Assembly (NCBI GenBank): GCA_027459505.1
Contig: DAIDIE010000018.1
Coordinates: 19,571 to 83,570, forward strand
Reading direction: 5' to 3'
DNA: 64,000 nucleotides
DNA from: Acidobacteriota bacterium
GTDB taxonomy: Bacteria; Acidobacteriota; Terriglobia; Terriglobales; SCQP01
This document shows positions 9,461 through 21,120 of the stretch, in pieces. The translations under genes were made by a program, and so were the position numbers. The notes below the pieces were generated by a model. It saw only the letters and a program-made list of their open reading frames with translations. It did no database searches and was not told the DNA's origin. Within the stretch, counting starts at the first letter, position 1. The number at the start of each line of letters is the position of its first letter.

Positions 9461-11227
9461 GTGAAGATCGCCTTAGCGCAAATAAATCCTACTGTGGGCG
9501 CGATTCACGCCAACGCGCGCCTGATGGTGGAGTACGCCCGGAGGGCCGAGCAGGCAGGGGCGGACCTGGTCATTTTTCCTGAACTGGCGATTTGCGGCTA
9601 CCCTCCCTGCGACTTGGTGGAAAAGAGCGACTTCATTGAGGCCAGCTACGAGGAGCTTCTGGAGGTTTCGCGGCAGGCGGCCGGCATTACGATGCTGAGC
9701 GGGTGTTTGATCCCGGCGCGGGCGGAGACCGGGAAGCGGGTTCACAACAGCGCTTTGGGATTGCGAGACGGGAAGGTGTTGTTTCAGCAGTCGAAGATGC
9801 TGCTGCCGACCTACGACGTCTTTGATGAACTGCGCAATTTCGCTCCGGCGCGCCACCAGAGTGTCTGGGCATATAACGGCATGCGTCTGGCGGTAACCAT
9901 TTGTGAAGACGCCTGGAACGACAAGAAATTCTGGCCCAAGAAGAATCAGCGGCTGCTGTACGAGACCGATCCGGTCGCGGAGCAGATGGCGACTGGGGCG
10001 GATGTGCTGATTAATATTTCCGCCTCGCCCTTTGCGGCGGAGAAGATCGGTTTGCGGCAGGACATGCTGAGCGCCATCGCGCGCGAGTACCAGGTTCCAG
10101 TGCTGTTTGTGAACCAGGTGGGCGGCAACGACCAACTGGTTTTTGACGGTTCCTCGATGGCGCTGGGCGCCAATGGGGAGTTGCGGGCGCGGGCGGCGAG
10201 CTTCGAGCAGGAACTGCTGCTGGTGGAGGCGCCGGAATGGCGGGGGTCGAAGCGGCCGGCGCCGGAGAGCGACATTGCGGCGATTTATGAAGCGCTGCAA
10301 CTGGGAACACGCGACTACGTGCGCAAGTGCGGGTTTGAACGGGTGCTGGTGGGGCTGAGCGGCGGGATTGATTCGGCGCTAACGGCCTGTATCGCCGTGG
10401 ACGCGCTGGGCGCCGAGAAAGTCATGGGCGTGGGCATGCCCAGCCGTTTTTCCTCGCGGGGCAGCATCGAGGATGCGCGGAAACTGGCGGCGAACCTGGG
10501 AATTCAATTCGAGTTATTGCCCATCGAAGCCCCGTTCGCGGCGGTGCTAGGGACGTTGCAAGGGGTTTGGGAGAAGCTGCCGACCACGGCGGCGCTGGCG
10601 GATTTGGCGCAGCAGAACCTGCAGTCGCGCTTGCGCGGGTTGCTGCTGATGGCGCTCTCGAACCGCAGTGGAGCACTGGTACTCTCGACGGGGAACAAAA
10701 GCGAATTGGCGGTGGGTTACTGCACGTTGTACGGCGATATGGCAGGCGGGCTAGCGGTGATTTCCGATGTGTTGAAGACGCAGGTATTTGCCCTGGCGGA
10801 GTATGTAAACCGGGAGCGGGAGCGCATTCCGCGGGCGACGATCACGAAACCACCGTCGGCGGAGTTGCGGCCGGATCAGACTGATCAGGACGATCTGCCG
10901 CCGTACGCGGTGCTGGACACCGTGATCCGGGATTATGTGGAGCAGTACCGCACCGCGGGAGAGATTGCGGAGCGGCATGGGCTGGAAGCGCGTCTGGTGG
11001 AGAGCCTGATCCGGCGCATCGATAATAGTGAATACAAGCGTCAGCAAGCCGCGCCCGGGCTCAAGGTCTCGCCGAAGGCGTTCGGCATGGGGCGGCGCTT
11101 TCCGATTGCGCAGCAGTACCGCGGCTGGAATCGCATGGAGAGGGGCGTCCTGCAGCCACCGCCGCCGGTTCCGCATAGCGAGCCGGGAGTGGCGCCGGAG
11201 GAGGCCAAGCCGCAATCCGGCCGATAA
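9461..11227 (+). CDS. nadE: Glutamine-dependent NAD+ synthetase
   Basis: N-terminal CN-hydrolase domain (KIALAQINPTVG, FPELAICGYP, C in ICED) plus a C-terminal NAD synthetase domain with SGGIDS. Start taken at GTG 9461, with 9434 as an alternative. Confidence 0.93.
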   Translation: MKIALAQINPTVGAIHANARLMVEYARRAEQAGADLVIFPELAICGYPPCDLVEKSDFIEASYEELLEVSRQAAGITMLSGCLIPARAETGKRVHNSALGLRDGKVLFQQSKMLLPTYDVFDELRNFAPARHQSVWAYNGMRLAVTICEDAWNDKKFWPKKNQRLLYETDPVAEQMATGADVLINISASPFAAEKIGLRQDMLSAIAREYQVPVLFVNQVGGNDQLVFDGSSMALGANGELRARAASFEQELLLVEAPEWRGSKRPAPESDIAAIYEALQLGTRDYVRKCGFERVLVGLSGGIDSALTACIAVDALGAEKVMGVGMPSRFSSRGSIEDARKLAANLGIQFELLPIEAPFAAVLGTLQGVWEKLPTTAALADLAQQNLQSRLRGLLLMALSNRSGALVLSTGNKSELAVGYCTLYGDMAGGLAVISDVLKTQVFALAEYVNRERERIPRATITKPPSAELRPDQTDQDDLPPYAVLDTVIRDYVEQYRTAGEIAERHGLEARLVESLIRRIDNSEYKRQQAAPGLKVSPKAFGMGRRFPIAQQYRGWNRMERGVLQPPPPVPHSEPGVAPEEAKPQSGR

Positions 11228-11259
11228 ACTGTGAAGAGGGTAGAAAAACACTCACGTAT

Positions 11260-12252
11260 ATGAAGACCAGACTTTTTTCTTTCCTGCCGGCCGTTGTGCC
11301 GGTGAGCGTGGCCTTGCTGCTGGCCATTCCCTGCGTGGGCGGAACGCGTCCGCGGCCAGTTCACCGGGCGGCCGCAGTGATTTCACCGGCGCTGCGGGAA
11401 CGGCTGGTGCAATATCTGTGGGCGCAGGAGGGCTGGCAGGGGATGGATACGATCCGGGTCCAGTCGATTGGTCCGGCGCGCGATGGCTTACGGCAGGTGG
11501 ATGTTTATGTAGCCAAGGGCAAGCAGCACGCCATCCAGAAGTTTTACATCACGGCAAACGGCCGCAAGATCATCAGCGGGGACGTGACCGAGTTGACCGC
11601 GAATCCGTTTGGGGCCAACGTGGGCAAGCTGGCGGCGGGCCCGCAGCAGCCGGCGGAGGGGCCGAGCCACGCCGCGGTGACGATCTATGAGTTCAGCGAT
11701 CTGGAATGTCCGTATTGCAAGCAGGAGTTTGGGCAAATACAGAAGCTGCGCGGCGAGTTGGGCAGCAAGGTGAAGGTGATTTTCCGTCCCTTCCCGCTGG
11801 TCAATATTCATCCCTGGGCGCGGGAGGCGGCCAAGGTCGCAACCTGTGTAGCGCAGCAGAGTCCGCAGGCGTTCTGGACGTTTGCGGGGAGCGTATTTCA
11901 GGCGCAGGATCAGATCAAGCCGGAAGAGGCGGCGCGGCGTTTGCACGATTTTGCGCTGGAGTCCGGCATCAACCAAGCGCCGCTGGACCGCTGTTTGGCC
12001 GATCCGGCGACCGCGGCGCAGGTGCAGACGGATATCGGGGTGGCGCAATCCCTGGGAGTCAACAGCACGCCAACTATCTTTGTGAATGGACGGATGATTC
12101 CCGGAGTGATCGATTACAACGTGCTGAAAACGCTGGTTGAATACGCCTCGACGCATAGCAGCGCGGCGCCGCCGCTGCCGGCCCGGGCGCTGAAAGGGAA
12201 GCAGTGCGGCGCGTGTGGAACGCTGCCGCCGCTGCCGAGGAAAAAGCACTGA
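11260..12252 (+). CDS. Secreted DsbA-family thiol:disulfide oxidoreductase
   Basis: N-terminal signal peptide. Thioredoxin-fold CPYC active site (EFSDLECPYCKQ). GVNSTPTIFVNG contains the cis-Pro loop. Confidence 0.85.
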   Translation: MKTRLFSFLPAVVPVSVALLLAIPCVGGTRPRPVHRAAAVISPALRERLVQYLWAQEGWQGMDTIRVQSIGPARDGLRQVDVYVAKGKQHAIQKFYITANGRKIISGDVTELTANPFGANVGKLAAGPQQPAEGPSHAAVTIYEFSDLECPYCKQEFGQIQKLRGELGSKVKVIFRPFPLVNIHPWAREAAKVATCVAQQSPQAFWTFAGSVFQAQDQIKPEEAARRLHDFALESGINQAPLDRCLADPATAAQVQTDIGVAQSLGVNSTPTIFVNGRMIPGVIDYNVLKTLVEYASTHSSAAPPLPARALKGKQCGACGTLPPLPRKKH

Positions 12253-12427
12253 GAAGCGCGGTTGCCGGGGAAGGGCAAGTGCTTCGGGGCGCAATCGGGG
12301 CCAGGCTGAAACGGCAGGACTCCGGTTGGGCTTTTTTCTGGCCTCGGCATTGGGATAAGCTGTGCGGGCGGGAGGGGGCGAGGTCCTCACCCGCCCGTGC
12401 CGTTTAGCGCGATAGGGTTTTCCACTT

Positions 12428-14113
12428 ATGTCCTCGTCCCCCCAACTTGCCACAGATGCCGCCGTTATGACCAGCAAGGCTGAACCAGATACGCGAAGCG
12501 GAAGCAGCGACCGGCGGAAGGTCTGGCTGGGATGGCTGAGCCGGGCGCGCTTTGTGGTGATCACGCTGGTGCTGGGACTCCAGCTGGGAGCGGAGTCGTA
12601 CTCGAGCAGTCATCCGCTGCTGGGACCGTTTCTGACCCTGGTAACGATCTGGTACATGCTGGCGGCTTTCTACCTGCTGCTGCAGCGAACCTTCCGGGTG
12701 GAAGCGTGGCAGCCGCTGCTGCAACTGTACGCCGACGCCATCATTATCACCGGGCTGGTTTACACGACCGGGCTCAGCCAAAGTCTGTTGACGGAGCTTT
12801 ATGCGCTGCTGGTGATGGTGAGCGCGATGGTGGTGGCGCGGCGCCACGTTTATCTTTTGGGTGGAGTCTGCGCGTTGCTTTACGCGGTTGTTTCCCAGCT
12901 AGCCTGGCGTGGGGTTTTGCCGTCGCCCTGGGGTAGCGAGAAGCCGGACGCGCATGGAGTGCAGCTTTCGCTGATTTTGACCACTCTGGCGATGTTCGCG
13001 GCGGCCTACATTTCCAGCTTGTTGTCGAACCGGTTGCAGGAGGCCGACGCGCGTCTGGTGACCCAGCAGGGCGTGCTGGACAGCTTGCGGGCCCTGAACG
13101 ACAACATCGTACATTCGATGAGCGGTGGCCTGATCACGACCGATCTGGGGGGACGCATTTACTTTGCGAACCAGAGTGCCGGTGAAATTCTCGGATGTCC
13201 ACAGGGCGAACTGGACGGCAAGAATGTGGAAGAGATGCTGCAACTATCGCTACCGCCAGACAGTTTTCCGCGGCGCAAGGAGCACACGTTTCGGCAAGGG
13301 GCCTACTTGCGAACGTTAGGAATTTCGGTGACGCCGTTGCAGGTGCCTGGGCAAGGGAATGTGGGGCGGGTTTATCAGTTTCAGGATCTGACACAACTGC
13401 GCCAGTTGGAACACGAGATTGAAGTGCGCGAGCGCATGAGCGCGTTGGGGCGGTTGGCAGCGGGGATTGCGCATGAGATCCGCAATCCACTGGCATCGCT
13501 GGGCGGATCGGTGAGGCTGTTGGCCGGGTACCTGCATTTGGGCGAGCAGGAGCAGGAGCTGATGGACATTGTGGTGCGCGAGTCGGACCGGTTGAACCGG
13601 ATTGTCTCCGACTTTCTCTCCTATGCACGCGACTACCATTATGAATTCCGGCAGGTGGAGCTGGGTAGTCTGGTGCGCGATGTGGTGACACTGGCGCGCA
13701 ACGGGCCGCGTTGCGGCGCCGGGGTGGAGATCGTGATGCGCATGGGCGCCGGGCCGATAGTGATCTGGGGCGATCCGGACCGGCTCAAGCAGGTGTTTTG
13801 GAACTTGTGTGACAACGCGTTAAAGGCGGTGGCGGGCCAGGGCTCGCTGACCATCGCGGCGGAGCCGTCGTCGGCGGGGGTGCGGCTGGAATTCCGGGAT
13901 ACGGGGTGCGGACTACCGCCGGGAGCCGAAGCGCATATCTTCGAGCCATTCAATTCGCACTTTAAAGACGGGACCGGGCTGGGCTTGGCCACCGCGTACG
14001 CCATCATGCAGGCGCACCAAGGCAAGATCTGGGTGGAGTCACCGCCGGAAGGGGGCGCCTGTTTTGTGCTGCAGCTGCCGATACAGCCGGGGGCGGCGGG
14101 TCCAGGCAATTGA
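12428..14113 (+). CDS. Membrane sensor histidine kinase (multi-TM N-terminus, PAS, HisKA, HATPase; PilS/NtrB-like)
   Basis: About 6 TM helices, a PAS region, H-box GIAHEIRNPL, and N/G boxes (NLCDNALKA, DTGCGL, GTGLGLA). Confidence 0.9.
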   Translation: MSSSPQLATDAAVMTSKAEPDTRSGSSDRRKVWLGWLSRARFVVITLVLGLQLGAESYSSSHPLLGPFLTLVTIWYMLAAFYLLLQRTFRVEAWQPLLQLYADAIIITGLVYTTGLSQSLLTELYALLVMVSAMVVARRHVYLLGGVCALLYAVVSQLAWRGVLPSPWGSEKPDAHGVQLSLILTTLAMFAAAYISSLLSNRLQEADARLVTQQGVLDSLRALNDNIVHSMSGGLITTDLGGRIYFANQSAGEILGCPQGELDGKNVEEMLQLSLPPDSFPRRKEHTFRQGAYLRTLGISVTPLQVPGQGNVGRVYQFQDLTQLRQLEHEIEVRERMSALGRLAAGIAHEIRNPLASLGGSVRLLAGYLHLGEQEQELMDIVVRESDRLNRIVSDFLSYARDYHYEFRQVELGSLVRDVVTLARNGPRCGAGVEIVMRMGAGPIVIWGDPDRLKQVFWNLCDNALKAVAGQGSLTIAAEPSSAGVRLEFRDTGCGLPPGAEAHIFEPFNSHFKDGTGLGLATAYAIMQAHQGKIWVESPPEGGACFVLQLPIQPGAAGPGN

Positions 14114-14283
14114 GCGGCAGAGGTGGGGCTTTGATGCCTGTTGCGCTCAGCAGCCCAAGTCGCTAGCGGGGCCAGCGATCTTAAATTGGGAGCCGGTTCG
14201 ACTCGGGCCGGACGGGAAATGTGATGCGGATTTTTGCGTTCCGGGCGCAGCAATGTTAGGCTGCCTCTGAACCCTGTTAAGAA

Positions 14284-15654
14284 ATGGCCCACATACTCAT
14301 CGTTGATGACGAAGTTTCGATACGGCAGATGCTGGAAATCCAGCTCAGCCGCGAGGGGCACCGGGTGGAGACGGCGAGTGACGCCGCGACCGCGAGGCGC
14401 AAACTCGATTCGGCGATTTTTGATCTGATCATCTCCGACCTTCGCCTGAGCCCGACGGAAAGCGGACTGGATGTGATGCGCTACTGCCGGGCGATGAACT
14501 CCGACACCGCGTTCATCCTGCTGACCGCCTTTGGCAGCATCGAAACGGCGATTGAGGCGATCAAGATCGGCGGCATTGTCGATTACCTGATTAAGGGCAG
14601 CAGTGACCTGGTGGATCAGTTACGCGCGGCTGTGGAGCGCGTTCTGAAACTGCAGTCGCTGGGGCGGGAGAACCAGCTTCTCAAGCGCGAGCTGAAGGGA
14701 CGCAACGCGCTGGAAAACATGGTGGGGACCAGCGCCGCCATTCAGCGGGTGAAGGAGCTGATCCGGACCGTGGCATCGACGCAGAGCACGGTGCTCATCC
14801 GGGGAGAAAGCGGGACAGGCAAGGAGTTGGTGGCACGCGGACTGCACGACTGCTCGCAGCGAGCTGACCAGCCGTTTGTGAGCGTCAACTGCGGGGCCTT
14901 TCCGGAAGGGCTGCTGGAGAGCGAGCTGTTTGGCTATATCAAGGGCGCCTTTACAGGGGCTAACAGTAACCGCCGGGGATTATTTGAGGCCGCCCAGGGC
15001 GGCACGCTGTTTCTGGATGAAATCGGGGAGATGGGGCTTCCCATGCAGGTGGCGTTATTGCGCGTGCTGCAGGAACGCCAGGTACGGCCGCTGGGATCGT
15101 CGACGAATATCCCGATTGACGTGCGGCTGCTGGCCGCCACCAACCGGGACCTGGAGCAGGCGGTGCGCGAAGGACGCTTTCGCGAGGATCTCTATTACCG
15201 CATCAGCGTGATTCCGATCGAGCTGCCCTCGTTGCGGCAACGGCGGGAAGACATACCGCTGCTCGCCATGCACTTTTTGCGGCGCTTTGCTGGGGAAATG
15301 GGAAAGCGGGTGCAGGGTTTCGCCGCCGAGAGCATGCAGCGGCTGGAAGGCTACGAATGGCCGGGCAATGTGCGGCAGTTGGAGAATGTGGTGGAGCGGG
15401 CAGTGGCGCTCAGCAGCGGCGATGAGGTGGTGGCGCCACCACTGCAGGAGCGTTCGCTGACGCAAGAGCGGGCGGAAATGAACGGCTTGCCGGCGTTGCC
15501 TCCACAGGGGCTGGAGTTGCTTATCCAAGAAGTGGAAAAGCGCTATCTCGCAGCGGCATTGCAAGAGGCCAAGGGGGTGCGCACCAAGGCGGCGGAGCTT
15601 CTGAAGATGTCATACCGGTCATTCCGCCACTACGCCAAGAAGCATGGGGTGTGA
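14284..15654 (+). CDS. Sigma-54-dependent response regulator (NtrC family)
   Basis: REC domain (ILIVDDE...D in ISDLRL), AAA+ Walker [15 protein letters not shown] loop and a C-terminal HTH. Confidence 0.93.
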   Translation: MAHILIVDDEVSIRQMLEIQLSREGHRVETASDAATARRKLDSAIFDLIISDLRLSPTESGLDVMRYCRAMNSDTAFILLTAFGSIETAIEAIKIGGIVDYLIKGSSDLVDQLRAAVERVLKLQSLGRENQLLKRELKGRNALENMVGTSAAIQRVKELIRTVASTQSTVLIRGESGTGKELVARGLHDCSQRADQPFVSVNCGAFPEGLLESELFGYIKGAFTGANSNRRGLFEAAQGGTLFLDEIGEMGLPMQVALLRVLQERQVRPLGSSTNIPIDVRLLAATNRDLEQAVREGRFREDLYYRISVIPIELPSLRQRREDIPLLAMHFLRRFAGEMGKRVQGFAAESMQRLEGYEWPGNVRQLENVVERAVALSSGDEVVAPPLQERSLTQERAEMNGLPALPPQGLELLIQEVEKRYLAAALQEAKGVRTKAAELLKMSYRSFRHYAKKHGV

Positions 15655-15883
15655 GGTGAGCGAGGCCCCAAAAAGAAGTGAGCCGTCCGTCTGGGAGCAG
15701 ATTGGGCGCTACCTGGGGCTGGCGTTCACGCTCCCGATTGCCGTCATGTTGGGGTACGCCGCGGGCGAATGGCTGGATCGGCATTTTCATAGCGGGTCGT
15801 TGTGGCAAATCGTGGGACTCTTCCTGGGCGGCGCCGCCGGGCTCATCGAGATCATCCGGGTGGCGAGCCGTGACCGTGGCTAG
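15644..15883 (+). CDS. atpZ: AtpZ/AtpI-family small membrane protein
   Basis: 79 aa with two TM helices. The pattern G..LG..F.....G...G.WLD is typical of AtpZ. The start overlaps the regulator's stop by 11 nt. Sits immediately upstream of atpI/atpB. Confidence 0.75.
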   Translation: MGCEVSEAPKRSEPSVWEQIGRYLGLAFTLPIAVMLGYAAGEWLDRHFHSGSLWQIVGLFLGGAAGLIEIIRVASRDRG

Positions 15884-15891
15884 TTGAGATT

Positions 15892-16326
15892 TTGAGCGGA
15901 ACAACTGCGTTCGACTACGAGCGGGCGGAACAGCGGGTCGCCAACCTGACCATGGCGGTAGGAGTGGCTGGTGTCGCGGTTTTCGCGCTGCGCCAGCAGT
16001 GGACTGGCGGACTGGGCTTTGGGCTGGGGGCGCTGCTCAGCTATTGGAATTTGGCGGGAGTGCGGAAGCTGGCGTCGAAGCTCAGCCAGAACGTGCGGCA
16101 ATCAGGCCTAGAGGGGGCCAGCAGCGAGGGCGAGCGGGATCAGCAGGCGGCGAGGCGGCCGGGAGCGGGGCGCTTCGTGTTGCGTTTTCTGCTGCTGGCC
16201 GGCGCGCTTTATGCTATATTTATCAGTCACTTAGTTCCCTTGATGGCGGCTGTAGCGGGGCTGTTCAGCGCACCGGCGGCCGTGCTGATAGAGATGCTGA
16301 TTGAGCTCGCGCAGTACCTGCGGTAA
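15892..16326 (+). CDS. atpI: ATP synthase protein I-like membrane protein
   Basis: 144 aa hydrophobic protein between atpZ and atpB. The position and TM pattern fit AtpI. TTG start, and the start is uncertain. Confidence 0.6.
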   Translation: MSGTTAFDYERAEQRVANLTMAVGVAGVAVFALRQQWTGGLGFGLGALLSYWNLAGVRKLASKLSQNVRQSGLEGASSEGERDQQAARRPGAGRFVLRFLLLAGALYAIFISHLVPLMAAVAGLFSAPAAVLIEMLIELAQYLR

Positions 16327-16367
16327 AGCCGCCCGGCAGAGCGCCCGTTCTGCCTTCCACGACGACT

Positions 16368-17102
16368 TTGGCCATGAACGAAGAACTTTGGTTTACCCGT
16401 GTGCTCAATCATGCCTTTGCCGGCCCGGTAACGGCGTCGCTGCGAGCGCTGCATTTTTCTCCCGTCCATCCGCACCATCCCATTCCCAATCATGTGGCCA
16501 TGGAGATTTTCGTGGCCTTGGTGCTGATGGTTTTCAGCGCGGTGCTGGCGCGGAGCTTATCGGTGGAAGAGCCGGGAAGCTGGCAGCACATTGTGGAACT
16601 GGTTTGGGGTTTTGTGGATGAGCAGGCCGAGGAGGTCATCGGCCACGAAGGCCACCAGTTTGTGAAGTTTTGCTTCACGCTGCTGGTGTTTATTCTGCTC
16701 TGCAATCTGCTGGGCTTGATACCGGGATTCGAGTCGCCAACGGCCAGTTTGACCGTGCCGCTGGGATGCGCGCTGGTCGCCTTTTTCTACTACCATTGGG
16801 CAGGTCTGAAGCGGCAAAAGCTGCATTACTTCAAGCAGTTCATCGGGCCGATTCCGTTTCTTTTCTTCTTGATGATCCCGATCGAGCTGATCAGCCACGC
16901 GGCGCGGGTGTTGTCGCTGACAGTTCGTCTTTACGCCAATATGTTTGCCGGCGATCTGGTCATCACCGTGATGCTGGCGTTGTTTCCGCTGAGCGGCATT
17001 ATTTTCCTGGGCCTGCACACCTTTGTGGCGCTGCTGCAAGCCTACATCTTCATGCTGCTGGCCATGGTTTACCTGAGTGGCGCGGTAGCGGAAGAGCACT
17101 AA
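16368..17102 (+). CDS. atpB: F0F1 ATP synthase subunit a
   Basis: 244 aa. Conserved LSLTVRLYANMFAG carries the essential Arg. TTG 16368 or ATG 16374 are possible starts. Confidence 0.93.
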   Translation: MAMNEELWFTRVLNHAFAGPVTASLRALHFSPVHPHHPIPNHVAMEIFVALVLMVFSAVLARSLSVEEPGSWQHIVELVWGFVDEQAEEVIGHEGHQFVKFCFTLLVFILLCNLLGLIPGFESPTASLTVPLGCALVAFFYYHWAGLKRQKLHYFKQFIGPIPFLFFLMIPIELISHAARVLSLTVRLYANMFAGDLVITVMLALFPLSGIIFLGLHTFVALLQAYIFMLLAMVYLSGAVAEEH

Positions 17103-17225
17103 CAGATTCGGCTGCGCTGTGCGCAGGCGAAGGTAGTACCCGTTTGCAGTGTGAGACCGCATCCCTCCCAAGGGCTTACGGGAACCACCTCCTGGACGGA
17201 ATTCATTTGTAAAGGAAGGTCTCCG

Positions 17226-17543
17226 ATGACCCGACGCATTTCGCAATTGTTCACCGCTATGGCGGTTCTTTTCATGGCTTCTCCGCTGTTTGCCCAGACG
17301 ACGGCGGGAGGCGGCACCGGCAGCGCACACGGCGACATCGCCCTGGCCGCCGGTATCGGTATGGCTATTGCTTCCGGCCTTTGCGGCCTGGGGCAGGGCA
17401 AGGCCATCGCTTCCACAGTGGAAGCGCTGGCGCGCAACCCGGGCGCGGAAAAGGCGATTCGCTTTGCCTTTATTCTGGGTCTGGTGCTGATCGAGTCGCT
17501 GGCGCTGTATACGTTGGCCATCATCTTCGCCAAAGTGAAGTAA
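17226..17543 (+). CDS. atpE: F0F1 ATP synthase subunit c with an N-terminal signal-peptide-like extension
   Basis: GLGQGKA...ARNPGA...LIESLALY hairpin motif of c subunits. ATG 17226 gives 105 aa. The first 25 or so residues (MTRRISQLFTAMAVLFMASPLFAQ) look like a signal peptide. Confidence 0.9.
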   Translation: MTRRISQLFTAMAVLFMASPLFAQTTAGGGTGSAHGDIALAAGIGMAIASGLCGLGQGKAIASTVEALARNPGAEKAIRFAFILGLVLIESLALYTLAIIFAKVK

Positions 17544-17547
17544 AGCT

Positions 17548-17599
17548 TCCGGCTACCAGCCGGTTTGGCAAACAGCCCGCCTCTGGCGGGCTGTTTTCT
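17548..17599 (+). terminator. Tandem rho-independent terminators after atpE
   Basis: Hairpin CCGGCT-ACC-AGCCGG + TTT (17548-17565), and ACAGCCCGCC-TCT-GGCGGGCTGT + TTTCTT (17571-17599). Confidence 0.8.
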
Positions 17600-18162
17600 T
17601 GTAGGGTGGGGAATGCCGGGGATGCGGCAGGGACCAGAACGGCGGAGGAGGTGGACCTTATTCCACTCGATCCGCAGCGGGCAGCATCCTTTTGCGGTCT
17701 GATGCATCAGAGTTGGTAGAGCGCTTACAAGCGCCCGCGGCGGGGGCGCTGGCTGTCGTAGATCCAGCTCAAACCTCCTCGGGTCCGGCCGGTGACCCCC
17801 GCCTCTGTGATGGCCTCGCCCGATTCACGCTGAGCATTCCCGACCGTTTCCAGTGCCCATTTTCGCGATCTCCGATGAGCCGCCTGGAAGGGCTGTCCCG
17901 GTGCTGCTTGAGCGGACCGGCCGCTTTTATTCCACTGCTTCGTCGCAGCAGGCTCATGTATAATGATCCGTGCTCTCCCACGGTTCGGCTCTTAGTTCCG
18001 CGGAAGTTGGGCTCGGCCATGGCCGCAATGCTCAACCGCAGCCGGCCCCTCCCCCAAAACAATTCCTGATGAGACTGCCGCAGGGAACAGCTTTGCCGCG
18101 CGGAAGCGGCGAGGCTGCGCTTTCCCCTGCGCCCGCTGGCGGCCGTGTGCCGCGGAGGTTAA

Positions 18163-19827
<1,665 letters not shown>

Positions 19828-19920
19828 GGAGGTCGAGCGGGTTTGCGGCAGGGAGCTAGCGGCAGAGTTCCTGCACGTTACTTCGGTTCAGGGCGGCGTA
19901 GTTGATAATGAGGTGGTTCT

Positions 19921-20646
19921 ATGGTAGATCGTGGATCCAAATCGGGCTTTCTCTTATCATTGTCGGTTGGTGTTCTTATCATCGCGCTCGCATCCCTGCC
20001 GTCGGAATCTCAGTCGGCCGCGGTTGTGAAGGCCCATTCCACAACCTCCGAAGCGAATATGTCTGAGAGCACCCAGGGCTTCTTGCATCTGAGCGAGTAT
20101 CTCTACCTAGCCCTCGCCCCCGATGGTTCTGCCCGACTTAACTATAGTGCCGTATGCGAACCGCCACTGTACCTACCGGTGCCCCCGAGAAGTATCCGCA
20201 TCATTCCTCCTCCGAACAGCCGAGGAGGCCTGGCCGCCGTCAAAGCTGTGTTTTCCAAGGAGCCGACGGCCCGTGTTGCTGCAGGACCAGGTGGACTGAT
20301 TCGAATTGCGCTAGGCACCCCCCCTCACTCAATTTTGAGGGTAAAGCTTCCCCATGTAGCTCTCCGCGGAGCCCAGCGCACAAGCGCGCGGTCCGCTATC
20401 GGTGCACTATTACAGCTTCCAGAGCTGCAGGCCCGCATGCGAGAGGAAGGATATGAACCTTTACCATACTTAGATAGCAGGCTCTCAGCTCGCCGGAAAC
20501 TGGGCGGGGTGCTCCCTTCCTCAATCGACGGAGCCACTCTTGACCAGGCGCTGGATCTCATTGCTCTAACTTTTAGAGATGTGATCACGTACGGAGCGTG
20601 CAGCCTGCCAGACGGGAAAGTGTTATTTGTGATACAGACCGAGTAG
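19921..20646 (+). CDS. Secreted hypothetical protein, paralog A
   Basis: 241 aa with an N-terminal hydrophobic signal/anchor. Shares blocks with the 21532-22176 product (ARLNYSAVC/ARLYYAADC; GPGGLIRIALGTP/GPAGIIRITIGTP; LDQALDLIALTF/VDEALDRIALAF). Composition is lower in GC than the flanks, judged by eye. Confidence 0.65.
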   Translation: MVDRGSKSGFLLSLSVGVLIIALASLPSESQSAAVVKAHSTTSEANMSESTQGFLHLSEYLYLALAPDGSARLNYSAVCEPPLYLPVPPRSIRIIPPPNSRGGLAAVKAVFSKEPTARVAAGPGGLIRIALGTPPHSILRVKLPHVALRGAQRTSARSAIGALLQLPELQARMREEGYEPLPYLDSRLSARRKLGGVLPSSIDGATLDQALDLIALTFRDVITYGACSLPDGKVLFVIQTE

Positions 20647-20778
20647 GGAGGAAACTGCTCTGCTCTCCTGTGATATAGGCAAGCTTGCGGGGTTGGACGC
20701 GGGGGGGTGCTCAGTAGGCTGTCGGCCAAACCGCGCCGTTGCCAGCCGGTTACTTTAGTAGCGTATGAGGCGGTATCC

Positions 20779-21120
20779 ATGGGAGCATGGTTCCTTGACG
20801 GAGTTATTATGTACGCGGCTATGGTGCTGTTTCGCTCATGGGTTCGGTGGAGGGGAGGCTCATGGCCGGTATTCCCGGGCAGGATCTTAATGGTGAGGCG
20901 TGCCTCCGGAGTATGGGGGTGCCCTTACGCTGAACTGGTCTACGAGTTCACCGCAAGCGAGCCCGCTGTCCCCACCATCGGAGCGGAACGGATTCCTTTT
21001 TTGACTAGCGCTGCGGCGGCGGCGTTCTGTGCAGCGCACCCGCCAAGCTCTGCGGTCACTATAAGGGCAATGCCAAACATACCATCGAGGAGCTACCTCG
21101 CGCTTGTTGAGCGGGAATAG
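20779..21120 (+). CDS. DUF3592-like membrane protein (hypothetical)
   Basis: Start at ATG 20779. One N-terminal TM helix (WFLDGVIMYAAMVLF), then W...G.I... and a beta-rich region resembling DUF3592. The assignment is tentative. Confidence 0.45.
   Translation: MGAWFLDGVIMYAAMVLFRSWVRWRGGSWPVFPGRILMVRRASGVWGCPYAELVYEFTASEPAVPTIGAERIPFLTSAAAAAFCAAHPPSSAVTIRAMPNIPSRSYLALVERE

Noticed and set aside
17700-17790. Possible tRNA gene (AGTTGGTAGAGCGC...).
   Set aside because: No acceptor stem can be found. The would-be anticodon arm has a 3-nt loop and the T-loop is 9 nt. At most this is a decayed fragment, so it is reported as a finding rather than a feature.
17860-17930. SRP (4.5S) RNA-like stretch (GGTCCGCTCAAGCAGCACC on the minus strand).
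   Set aside because: It shares only GGUCCG and AAGCAGC with the domain IV consensus. There is no GNRA tetraloop and no complementary strand to form helix 8.
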